From Eledone cirrhosa (lineage: Eukaryota), in assembly GCA_964016885.1 (NCBI GenBank), contig CAXHJY010000107.1, positions 38,208 through 102,207 of the forward strand: DNA of 64,000 bases, written 5' to 3'. Position numbers and translations under genes: made by a program. Below are positions 45,101 through 57,996 of the stretch, one piece after another (the stretch's first letter is position 1; every line of letters begins with the position of its first letter). The notes beneath the pieces are model-generated. The model did no database searches. It was not told where the DNA came from and saw only the letters and a program-made list of their open reading frames with translations.

Positions 45101-48100
45101 CCTTGGAAGGATGGAAATTATCTCCCCTTGGACGGCTGGAAATTATCTACCCCTGATTTTTTTTACAAATTATCTCCCCCTGATTTTTTTACAAATTATC
45201 TCCCCCTGATTTTTTTTACAAATTATCTCCGCCTGATTTTTTTAAATGTTATCTCTCCTTGGCTGGCGGGAAATTATCTCCCCTTGGACGGCTGGAAATT
45301 ATCTCCCCTTGGAAGGATGGAAATTATCTCCCCTTCGACGGCTGAAAATTATCTACCCCTGATTTTTTTTACAAATTATCTCCCCCTGATTTTTTTTACA
45401 AATTATCTCCCCCTGATTTTTTTTACAAATTATCTACCCCTGATTTTTTCTACAAATTATCTCCCCCTGATTTTTTTTACAAATTATCTCCCCCTGATTT
45501 TTTTTTTACAAATTATCTCCCCCTGATTTTTTTACAAATTATCTCCCCCTGATTTTTTTTTTACAAATTATCTCCCCCTGATTTCTTTACAAATTATCTC
45601 CCCTTGGCTGGCTGGAAATTATCTCCCCTTGGAGGCTGGAACTTATCTCCCCTTGGACGGCTAGAAATTATCTCTCCTTGGACGGCTGGAAAATATGTCT
45701 CCTTGGACGGCTGGATATTATCTCCCCTTGGACGGCTGGAAATTATCTCCCCTTGGACGGCTGGAAATTATCTCCCCTTGGATGGCTAGATATTACCTCC
45801 CCTTGGACGGCTGGAAATTATCTCCCCTTGATTTTTTTTACAAATTATCTCCCCCTGATTTTTTTTTACAAATTATCTCCCCCTGATTTTTTTTTACAAA
45901 TTATCTCCCCCTGATTTTTGTTTACAAATTATCTCCGCCTGATTTTTTTAAAAAAATTATCTCCCCTTGGACGGCTGGAAATTATCTCCCCTTGGACGGC
46001 TAGAAATTACCTCCTTGGACGGCTGAAAATTATCTCCCCTTGGACGGCTGGAAATTATCTCCCCTTGATTTTTTTACAAATTATCTCCCCCTGATTTTTT
46101 TTTTACAAATTATCTCCCCCTGATTTTTTTTTACAAATTATCTACCCCTGATTTTTTTTACAAATTATCTCCCCCTGATTTTTTTTACAAATTATCTCCC
46201 CTGATTTTTTTTTACAAATTATCTCCCCCTGATTTTTTTACAAATTATCTCCCCCTGATTTTTTTTACAAATTATCTCCGCCTGATTTTTTTAAATATTA
46301 TCTCTCCTTGGCTGGCGGGAAATTATCTCCCCTTGGACGGCTGGAAATTATCTCCCCTTGGAAGGATGGAAATTATCTCCCCTTGGACGGCTGGAAATTA
46401 TCTACCCCTGATTTTTTTTACAAATTATCTCCCCCTGATTTTTTTTACAAATTATCTCCCCCTGATTTTTTTTACAAATTATCTACCCCTGATTTTTTTT
46501 ACAAATTATCTCGCCCTGATTTCTTTTACAAATTATCTCCCCCTGATTTTTTTTTTACAAATTATCTCCCCCTGATTTTTTTACAAATTATCTCCCCCTG
46601 ATTTTTTTTACAAATTATCTCCGCCTGATTTTTTTAAATGTTATCTCTCCTTGGCTGGCGGGAAATTATCTCCCCTTGGACGGCTGGAAATTATCTACCC
46701 TTGGAAGGATGGAAATTATCTCCCCTTGGACGGCTGGAAATTATCTACCCCTGATTTTTTTTACAAATTATCTCCCCCTGATTTTTTTTACAAATTATCT
46801 CCCCCTGATTTTTTTTTACAAATTATCTACCCCTGATTTTTTTACAAATTATCTCCCCTTGGCTGGCTGGAAATTATCTCCCCTTGGACGGCTAGAAATT
46901 ACCTCTCCTTGGACGGCTGAAAATTATCTCCCCTTGGACGGCTGGAAATTATCTCCCCTTGATTTTTTTACAAATTATCACCCCCTGATTTTTTTTTTAC
47001 AAATTATCTCCCCCTGATTTTTTTTTACAAATTATCTCCCCCTGATTTTTGTTTACAAATTATCTCCGCCTGATTTTTTTAAAAAAATTATCTCCCCTTG
47101 GACGGCTGGAAATTATCTCCCCTTGGACGGCTAGAAATTACCTCTCCTTGGACGGCTGAAAATTATCTCCCCTTGGACGGCTGGAAATTATCTCCCCTTG
47201 ATTTTTTTACAAATTATCTCCCCCTGATTTTTTTTTTACAAATTATCTCCCCCTGATTTTTTTTTACAAATTATCTACCCCTGATTTTTTTTTACAAATT
47301 ATCTCCCCCTGATTTTTTTTACAAATTATCTCCCCCTGATTTTTTTTTACAAATTATCTCCCCCTGATTTTTTTACAAATTATCTCCCCCTGATTTTTTT
47401 TACAAATTATCTCCGCCTGATTTTTTTAAATATTATCTCTCCTTGGCTGGCGGGAAATTATCTCCCCTTGGACGGCTGGAAATTATCTCCCCTTGGAAGG
47501 ATGGAAATTATCTCCCCTTGGACGGCTGGAAATTATCTACCCCTGATTTTTTTTACAAATTATCTCCCCCTGATTTTTTTACAAATTATCTCCCCCTGAT
47601 TTTTTTTACAAATTATCTCCGCCTGATTTTTTTAAATGTTATCTCTCCTTGGCTGGCGGGAAATTATCTCCCCTTGGACGGCTGGAAATTATCTCCCCTT
47701 GGAAGGATGGAAATTATCTCCCCTTGGACGGCTGAAAATTATCTACCCCTGATTTTTTTTACAAATTATCTCCCCCTGATTTTTTTTACAAATTATCTCC
47801 CCCTGATTTTTTTTACAAATTATCTACCCCTGATTTTTTCTACAAATTATCTCCCCCTGATTTTTTTTACAAATTATCTCCCCCTGATTTTTTTTTTACA
47901 AATTATCTCCCCCTGATTTTTTTACAAATTATCTCCCCCTGATTTTTTTTTTACAAATTATCTCCCCCTGATTTCTTTACAAATTATCTCCCCTTGGCTG
48001 GCTGGAAATTATCTCCCCTTGGAGGCTGGAACTTATCTCCCCTTGGACGGCTAGAAATTATCTCTCCTTGGACGGCTGGAAAATATGTCTCCTTGGACGG

Positions 48101-51100
48101 CTGGATATTATCTCCCCTTGGACGGCTGGAAATTATCTCCCCTTGGACGGCTGGAAATTATCTCCCCTTGGATGGCTAGATATTACCTCCCCTTGGACGG
48201 CTGGAAATTATCTCCCCTTGATTTTTTTTACAAATTATCTCCCCCTGATTTTTTTTTACAAATTATCTCCCCCTGATTTTTTTTTACAAATTATCTCCCC
48301 CTGATTTTTGTTTACAAATTATCTCCGCCTGATTTTTTTAAAAAAATTATCTCCCCTTGGACGGCTGGAAATTATCTCCCCTTGGACGGCTAGAAATTAC
48401 CTCCTTGGACGGCTGAAAATTATCTCCCCTTGGACGGCTGGAAATTATCTCCCCTTGATTTTTTTACAAATTATCTCCCCCTGATTTTTTTTTTACAAAT
48501 TATCTCCCCCTGATTTTTTTTTACAAATTATCTACCCCTGATTTTTTTTACAAATTATCTCCCCCTGATTTTTTTTACAAATTATCTCCCCTGATTTTTT
48601 TTTACAAATTATCTCCCCCTGATTTTTTTACAAATTATCTCCCCCTGATTTTTTTTACAAATTATCTCCGCCTGATTTTTTTAAATATTATCTCTCCTTG
48701 GCTGGCGGGAAATTATCTCCCCTTGGACGGCTGGAAATTATCTCCCCTTGGAAGGATGGAAATTATCTCCCCTTGGACGGCTGGAAATTATCTACCCCTG
48801 ATTTCTTTTACAAATTATCTCCCCCTGATTTTTTTACAAATTATCTCCCCCTGATTTTTTTTACAAATTATCTCCGCCTGATTTTTTTAAATGTTATCTC
48901 TCCTTGGCTGGCGGGAAATTATCTCCCCTTGGACGGCTGGAAATTATCTCCCCTTGGAAGGATGGAAATTATCTCCCCTTGGACGGCTGGAAATTATCTA
49001 CCCCTGATTTTTTTTACAAATTATCTCCCCCTGATTTTTTTTACAAATTATCTCCCCCTGATTTTTTTTACAAATTATCTACCCCTGATTTTTTTTACAA
49101 ATTATCTCGCCCTGATTTCTTTTACAAATTATCTCCCCCTGATTTTTTTTTACAAATTATCTCCCCCTGATTTTTTTACAAATTATCTCCCCCTGATTTT
49201 TTTTACAAATTATCTCCGCCTGATTTTTTTAAATGTTATCTCTCCTTGGCTGGCGGGAAATTATCTCCCCTTGGACGGCTGGAAATTATCTACCCTTGGA
49301 AGGATGGAAATTATCTCCCCTTGGACGGCTGGAAATTATCTACCCCTGATTTTTTTTACAAATTATCTCCCCCTGATTTTTTTTACAAATTATCTCCCCC
49401 TGATTTTTTTTTACAAATTATCTACCCCTGATTTTTTTACAAATTATCTCCCCTTGGCTGGCTGGAAATTATCTCCCCTTGGACGGCTAGAAATTACCTC
49501 TCCTTGGACGGCTGAAAATTATCTCCCCTTGGACGGCTGGAAATTATCTCCCCTTGATTTTTTTACAAATTATCACCCCCTGATTTTTTTTTTACAAATT
49601 ATCTCCCCCTGATTTTTTTTTACAAATTATCTCCCCCTGATTTTTGTTTACAAATTATCTCCGCCTGATTTTTTTAAAAAAATTATCTCCCCTTGGACGG
49701 CTGGAAATTATCTCCCCTTGGACGGCTAGAAATTACCTCTCCTTGGACGGCTGAAAATTATCTCCCCTTGGACGGCTGGAAATTATCTCCCCTTGATTTT
49801 TTTACAAATTATCTCCCCCTGATTTTTTTTTTACAAATTATCTCCCCCTGATTTTTTTTTACAAATTATCTACCCCTGATTTTTTTTTACAAATTATCTC
49901 CCCCTGATTTTTTTTACAAATTATCTCCCCCTGATTTTTTTTTACAAATTATCTCCCCCTGATTTTTTTACAAATTATCTCCCCCTGATTTTTTTTACAA
50001 ATTATCTCCGCCTGATTTTTTTAAATATTATCTCTCCTTGGCTGGCGGGAAATTATCTCCCCTTGGACGGCTGGAAATTATCTCCCCTTGGAAGGATGGA
50101 AATTATCTCCCCTTGGACGGCTGGAAATTATCTCCCCCTGATTTTTTTTACAAATTATCTCCCCCTGATTTTTTTACAAATTATCTCCCCCTGATTTTTT
50201 TTACAAATTATCTCCGCCTGATTTTTTTAAATGTTATCTCTCCTTGGCTGGCGGGAAATTATCTCCCCTTGGACGGCTGGAAATTATCTCCCCTTGGAAG
50301 GATGGAAATTATCTCCCCTTGGACGGCTGAAAATTATCTACCCCTGATTTTTTTTACAAATTATCTCCCCCTGATTTTTTTTACAAATTATCTCCCCCTG
50401 ATTTTTTTTACAAATTATCTACCCCTGATTTTTTCTACAAATTATCTCCCCCTGATTTTTTTTACAAATTATCTCCCCCTGATTTTTTTTTTACAAATTA
50501 TCTCCCCCTGATTTTTTTACAAATTATCTCCACCTGATTTTTTTTTTACAAATTATCTCCCCCTGATTTTTTTACAAATTATCTCCCCTTGGCTGGCTGG
50601 AAATTATCTCCCCTTGGAGGCTGGAACTTATCTCCCCTTGGACGGCTAGAAATTACCTCTCCTTGGACGGCTGGAAAATATGTCTCCTTGGACGGCTGGA
50701 TATTATCTCCCCTTGGACGGCTGGAAATTATCTCCCCTTGGACGGCTGGAAATTATCTCCCCTTGGATGGCTAGATATTACCTCCCCTTGGACGGCTGGA
50801 AATTATCTCCCCTTGATTTTTTTTACAAATTATCTCCCCCTGATTTTTTTTTACAAATTATCTCCCCCTGATTTTTTTACAAATTATCTCCCCCTGATTT
50901 TTTTTACAAATTATCTCCCCCTGATTTTTTTACAAATTATCTCCCCCTGATTTTTTTTACAAATTATCTCCGCCTGATTTTTTTAAATGTTATCTCTCCT
51001 TGGCTGGCGGGAAATTATCTCCCCTTGGACGGCTGGAAATTATCTCCCCTTGGAAGGATGGAAATTATCTCCCCTTGGACGGCTGGAAATTATCTACCCC

Positions 51101-54100
51101 TGATTTTTTTTACAAATTATCTCCCCCTGATTTTTTTTACAAATTATCTCCCCCTGATTTTTTTTTACAAATTATCTACCCCTGATTTTTTTACAAATTA
51201 TCTCCCCTTGGCTGGCTGGAAATTATCTCCCCTTGGACGGCTAGAAATTACCTGTCCTTGGACGGCTGAAAATTATCTCCCCTTGGACGGCTGGAAATTA
51301 TCTCCCCTTGATTTTTTTACAAATTATCTACCCCTGATTTTTTTTTACAAATTATCTCCCCTTGATTTTTTTTACAAATTATCTCCCCCTGATTTTTTTT
51401 TACAAATTATCTCCCCCTGATTTTTTTTTACAAATTATCTCCCCCTGATTTTTGTTTACAAATTATCTCCGCCTGTTTTTTTTTAAAAAATTATCTCCCC
51501 TTGGACGGCTGGAAATTATCTCCCCTTGGACGGCTAGAAATTACCTCTCCTTGGAAGGATGGAAATTATCTCCCCTTGGACGGCTGGAAATTATCTACCC
51601 CTGATTTTTTTTACAAATTATCTCCCCCTGATTTTTTTACAAATTATCTCCCCCTGATTTTTTTTACAAATTATCTCCGCCTGATTTTTTTAAATGTTAT
51701 CTCTCCTTGGCTGGCGGGAAATTATCTCCCCTTGGACGGCTGGAAATTATCTCCCCTTGGAAGGATGGAAATTATCTCCCCTTCGACGGCTGAAAATTAT
51801 CTACCCCTGATTTTTTTTACAAATTATCTCCCCCTGATTTTTTTTACAAATTATCTCCCCCTGATTTTTTTTACAAATTATCTACCCCTGATTTTTTCTA
51901 CAAATTATCTCCCCCTGATTTTTTTTACAAATTATCTCCCCCTGATTTTTTTTTTACAAATTATCTCCCCCTGATTTTTTTACAAATTATCTCCCCCTGA
52001 TTTTTTTTTTACAAATTATCTCCCCCTGATTTCTTTACAAATTATCTCCCCTTGGCTGGCTGGAAATTATCTCCCCTTGGAGGCTGGAACTTATCTCCCC
52101 TTGGACGGCTAGAAATTATCTCTCCTTGGACGGCTGGAAAATATGTCTCCTTGGACGGCTGGATATTATCTCCCCTTGGACGGCTGGAAATTATCTCCCC
52201 TTGGACGGCTGGAAATTATCTCCCCTTGGATGGCTAGATATTACCTCCCCTTGGACGGCTGGAAATTATCTCCCCTTGATTTTTTTTACAAATTATCTCC
52301 CCCTGATTTTTTTTTACAAATTATCTCCCCCTGATTTTTTTTTACAAATTATCTCCCCCTGATTTTTGTTTACAAATTATCTCCGCCTGATTTTTTTAAA
52401 AAAATTATCTCCCCTTGGACGGCTGGAAATTATCTCCCCTTGGACGGCTAGAAATTACCTCCTTGGACGGCTGAAAATTATCTCCCCTTGGACGGCTGGA
52501 AATTATCTCCCCTTGATTTTTTTACAAATTATCTCCCCCTGATTTTTTTTTTACAAATTATCTCCCCCTGATTTTTTTTTACAAATTATCTACCCCTGAT
52601 TTTTTTTACAAATTATCTCCCCCTGATTTTTTTTACAAATTATCTCCCCTGATTTTTTTTTACAAATTATCTCCCCCTGATTTTTTTACAAATTATCTCC
52701 CCCTGATTTTTTTTACAAATTATCTCCGCCTGATTTTTTTAAATATTATCTCTCCTTGGCTGGCGGGAAATTATCTCCCCTTGGACGGCTGGAAATTATC
52801 TCCCCTTGGAAGGATGGAAATTATCTCCCCTTGGACGGCTGGAAATTATCTACCCCTGATTTTTTTTACAAATTATCTCCCCCTGATTTTTTTTACAAAT
52901 TATCTCCCCCTGATTTTTTTTACAAATTATCTACCCCTGATTTTTTTTACAAATTATCTCGCCCTGATTTCTTTTACAAATTATCTCCCCCTGATTTTTT
53001 TTTTACAAATTATCTCCCCCTGATTTTTTTACAAATTATCTCCCCCTGATTTTTTTTACAAATTATCTCCGCCTGATTTTTTTAAATGTTATCTCTCCTT
53101 GGCTGGCGGGAAATTATCTCCCCTTGGACGGCTGGAAATTATCTACCCTTGGAAGGATGGAAATTATCTCCCCTTGGACGGCTGGAAATTATCTACCCCT
53201 GATTTTTTTTACAAATTATCTCCCCCTGATTTTTTTTACAAATTATCTCCCCCTGATTTTTTTTTACAAATTATCTACCCCTGATTTTTTTACAAATTAT
53301 CTCCCCTTGGCTGGCTGGAAATTATCTCCCCTTGGACGGCTAGAAATTACCTCTCCTTGGACGGCTGAAAATTATCTCCCCTTGGACGGCTGGAAATTAT
53401 CTCCCCTTGATTTTTTTACAAATTATCACCCCCTGATTTTTTTTTTACAAATTATCTCCCCCTGATTTTTTTTTACAAATTATCTCCCCCTGATTTTTGT
53501 TTACAAATTATCTCCGCCTGATTTTTTTAAAAAAATTATCTCCCCTTGGACGGCTGGAAATTATCTCCCCTTGGACGGCTAGAAATTACCTCTCCTTGGA
53601 CGGCTGAAAATTATCTCCCCTTGGACGGCTGGAAATTATCTCCCCTTGATTTTTTTACAAATTATCTCCCCCTGATTTTTTTTTTACAAATTATCTCCCC
53701 CTGATTTTTTTTTACAAATTATCTACCCCTGATTTTTTTTTACAAATTATCTCCCCCTGATTTTTTTTACAAATTATCTCCCCCTGATTTTTTTTTACAA
53801 ATTATCTCCCCCTGATTTTTTTACAAATTATCTCCCCCTGATTTTTTTTACAAATTATCTCCGCCTGATTTTTTTAAATATTATCTCTCCTTGGCTGGCG
53901 GGAAATTATCTCCCCTTGGACGGCTGGAAATTATCTCCCCTTGGAAGGATGGAAATTATCTCCCCTTGGACGGCTGGAAATTATCTACCCCTGATTTTTT
54001 TTACAAATTATCTCCCCCTGATTTTTTTACAAATTATCTCCCCCTGATTTTTTTTACAAATTATCTCCGCCTGATTTTTTTAAATGTTATCTCTCCTTGG

Positions 54101-57100
54101 CTGGCGGGAAATTATCTCCCCTTGGACGGCTGGAAATTATCTCCCCTTGGAAGGATGGAAATTATCTCCCCTTGGACGGCTGAAAATTATCTACCCCTGA
54201 TTTTTTTTACAAATTATCTCCCCCTGATTTTTTTTACAAATTATCTCCCCCTGATTTTTTTTACAAATTATCTACCCCTGATTTTTTCTACAAATTATCT
54301 CCCCCTGATTTTTTTTACAAATTATCTCCCCCTGATTTTTTTTTTACAAATTATCTCCCCCTGATTTTTTTACAAATTATCTCCCCCTGATTTTTTTTTT
54401 ACAAATTATCTCCCCCTGATTTCTTTACAAATTATCTCCCCTTGGCTGGCTGGAAATTATCTCCCCTTGGAGGCTGGAACTTATCTCCCCTTGGACGGCT
54501 AGAAATTATCTCTCCTTGGACGGCTGGAAAATATGTCTCCTTGGACGGCTGGATATTATCTCCCCTTGGACGGCTGGAAATTATCTCCCCTTGGACGGCT
54601 GGAAATTATCTCCCCTTGGATGGCTAGATATTACCTCCCCTTGGACGGCTGGAAATTATCTCCCCTTGATTTTTTTTACAAATTATCTCCCCCTGATTTT
54701 TTTTTACAAATTATCTCCCCCTGATTTTTTTTTACAAATTATCTCCCCCTGATTTTTGTTTACAAATTATCTCCGCCTGATTTTTTTAAAAAAATTATCT
54801 CCCCTTGGACGGCTGGAAATTATCTCCCCTTGGACGGCTAGAAATTACCTCCTTGGACGGCTGAAAATTATCTCCCCTTGGACGGCTGGAAATTATCTCC
54901 CCTTGATTTTTTTACAAATTATCTCCCCCTGATTTTTTTTTTACAAATTATCTCCCCCTGATTTTTTTTTACAAATTATCTACCCCTGATTTTTTTTACA
55001 AATTATCTCCCCCTGATTTTTTTTACAAATTATCTCCCCTGATTTTTTTTTACAAATTATCTCCCCCTGATTTTTTTACAAATTATCTCCCCCTGATTTT
55101 TTTTACAAATTATCTCCGCCTGATTTTTTTAAATATTATCTCTCCTTGGCTGGCGGGAAATTATCTCCCCTTGGACGGCTGGAAATTATCTCCCCTTGGA
55201 AGGATGGAAATTATCTCCCCTTGGACGGCTGGAAATTATCTACCCCTGATTTCTTTTACAAATTATCTCCCCCTGATTTTTTTACAAATTATCTCCCCCT
55301 GATTTTTTTTACAAATTATCTCCGCCTGATTTTTTTAAATGTTATCTCTCCTTGGCTGGCGGGAAATTATCTCCCCTTGGACGGCTGGAAATTATCTCCC
55401 CTTGGAAGGATGGAAATTATCTCCCCTTGGACGGCTGGAAATTATCTACCCCTGATTTTTTTTACAAATTATCTCCCCCTGATTTTTTTTACAAATTATC
55501 TCCCCCTGATTTTTTTTACAAATTATCTACCCCTGATTTTTTTTACAAATTATCTCGCCCTGATTTCTTTTACAAATTATCTCCCCCTGATTTTTTTTTA
55601 CAAATTATCTCCCCCTGATTTTTTTACAAATTATCTCCCCCTGATTTTTTTTACAAATTATCTCCGCCTGATTTTTTTAAATGTTATCTCTCCTTGGCTG
55701 GCGGGAAATTATCTCCCCTTGGACGGCTGGAAATTATCTACCCTTGGAAGGATGGAAATTATCTCCCCTTGGACGGCTGGAAATTATCTACCCCTGATTT
55801 TTTTTACAAATTATCTCCCCCTGATTTTTTTTACAAATTATCTCCCCCTGATTTTTTTTTACAAATTATCTACCCCTGATTTTTTTACAAATTATCTCCC
55901 CTTGGCTGGCTGGAAATTATCTCCCCTTGGACGGCTAGAAATTACCTCTCCTTGGACGGCTGAAAATTATCTCCCCTTGGACGGCTGGAAATTATCTCCC
56001 CTTGATTTTTTTACAAATTATCACCCCCTGATTTTTTTTTTACAAATTATCTCCCCCTGATTTTTTTTTACAAATTATCTCCCCCTGATTTTTGTTTACA
56101 AATTATCTCCGCCTGATTTTTTTAAAAAAATTATCTCCCCTTGGACGGCTGGAAATTATCTCCCCTTGGACGGCTAGAAATTACCTCTCCTTGGACGGCT
56201 GAAAATTATCTCCCCTTGGACGGCTGGAAATTATCTCCCCTTGATTTTTTTACAAATTATCTCCCCCTGATTTTTTTTTTACAAATTATCTCCCCCTGAT
56301 TTTTTTTTACAAATTATCTACCCCTGATTTTTTTTTACAAATTATCTCCCCCTGATTTTTTTTACAAATTATCTCCCCCTGATTTTTTTTTACAAATTAT
56401 CTCCCCCTGATTTTTTTACAAATTATCTCCCCCTGATTTTTTTTACAAATTATCTCCGCCTGATTTTTTTAAATATTATCTCTCCTTGGCTGGCGGGAAA
56501 TTATCTCCCCTTGGACGGCTGGAAATTATCTCCCCTTGGAAGGATGGAAATTATCTCCCCTTGGACGGCTGGAAATTATCTACCCCTGATTTTTTTTACA
56601 AATTATCTCCCCCTGATTTTTTTACAAATTATCTCCCCCTGATTTTTTTTACAAATTATCTCCGCCTGATTTTTTTAAATGTTATCTCTCCTTGGCTGGC
56701 GGGAAATTATCTCCCCTTGGACGGCTGGAAATTATCTCCCCTTGGAAGGATGGAAATTATCTCCCCTTGGACGGCTGAAAATTATCTACCCCTGATTTTT
56801 TTTACAAATTATCTCCCCCTGATTTTTTTTACAAATTATCTCCCCCTGATTTTTTTTACAAATTATCTACCCCTGATTTTTTCTACAAATTATCTCCCCC
56901 TGATTTTTTTTACAAATTATCTCCCCCTGATTTTTTTTTTACAAATTATCTCCCCCTGATTTTTTTACAAATTATCTCCACCTGATTTTTTTTTTACAAA
57001 TTATCTCCCCCTGATTTTTTTACAAATTATCTCCCCTTGGCTGGCTGGAAATTATCTCCCCTTGGAGGCTGGAACTTATCTCCCCTTGGACGGCTAGAAA

Positions 57101-57996
57101 TTACCTCTCCTTGGACGGCTGGAAAATATGTCTCCTTGGACGGCTGGATATTATCTCCCCTTGGACGGCTGGAAATTATCTCCCCTTGGACGGCTGGAAA
57201 TTATCTCCCCTTGGATGGCTAGATATTACCTCCCCTTGGACGGCTGGAAATTATCTCCCCTTGATTTTTTTTACAAATTATCTCCCCCTGATTTTTTTTT
57301 ACAAATTATCTCCCCCTGATTTTTTTACAAATTATCTCCCCCTGATTTTTTTTACAAATTATCTCCCCCTGATTTTTTTACAAATTATCTCCCCCTGATT
57401 TTTTTTACAAATTATCTCCGCCTGATTTTTTTAAATGTTATCTCTCCTTGGCTGGCGGGAAATTATCTCCCCTTGGACGGCTGGAAATTATCTCCCCTTG
57501 GAAGGATGGAAATTATCTCCCCTTGGACGGCTGGAAATTATCTACCCCTGATTTTTTTTACAAATTATCTCCCCCTGATTTTTTTTACAAATTATCTCCC
57601 CCTGATTTTTTTTTACAAATTATCTACCCCTGATTTTTTTACAAATTATCTCCCCTTGGCTGGCTGGAAATTATCTCCCCTTGGACGGCTAGAAATTACC
57701 TGTCCTTGGACGGCTGAAAATTATCTCCCCTTGGACGGCTGGAAATTATCTCCCCTTGATTTTTTTACAAATTATCTACCCCTGATTTTTTTTTACAAAT
57801 TATCTCCCCTTGATTTTTTTTACAAATTATCTCCCCCTGATTTTTTTTTACAAATTATCTCCCCCTGATTTTTTTTTACAAATTATCTCCCCCTGATTTT
57901 TGTTTACAAATTATCTCCGCCTGTTTTTTTTTAAAAAATTATCTCCCCTTGGACGGCTGGAAATTATCTCCCCTTGGACGGCTAGAAATTACCTCT
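45101..57996. repeat. 6448 bp head-to-tail tandem duplication within satellite B (45101-51548 and 51549-57996)
   Basis: Rare variants at exactly +6448 (CTTCGACG 45336/51784; GCCTGTTTT 51475/57923), matching pseudo-ORF offsets, and a chimeric monomer at the junction. Confidence 0.9.
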
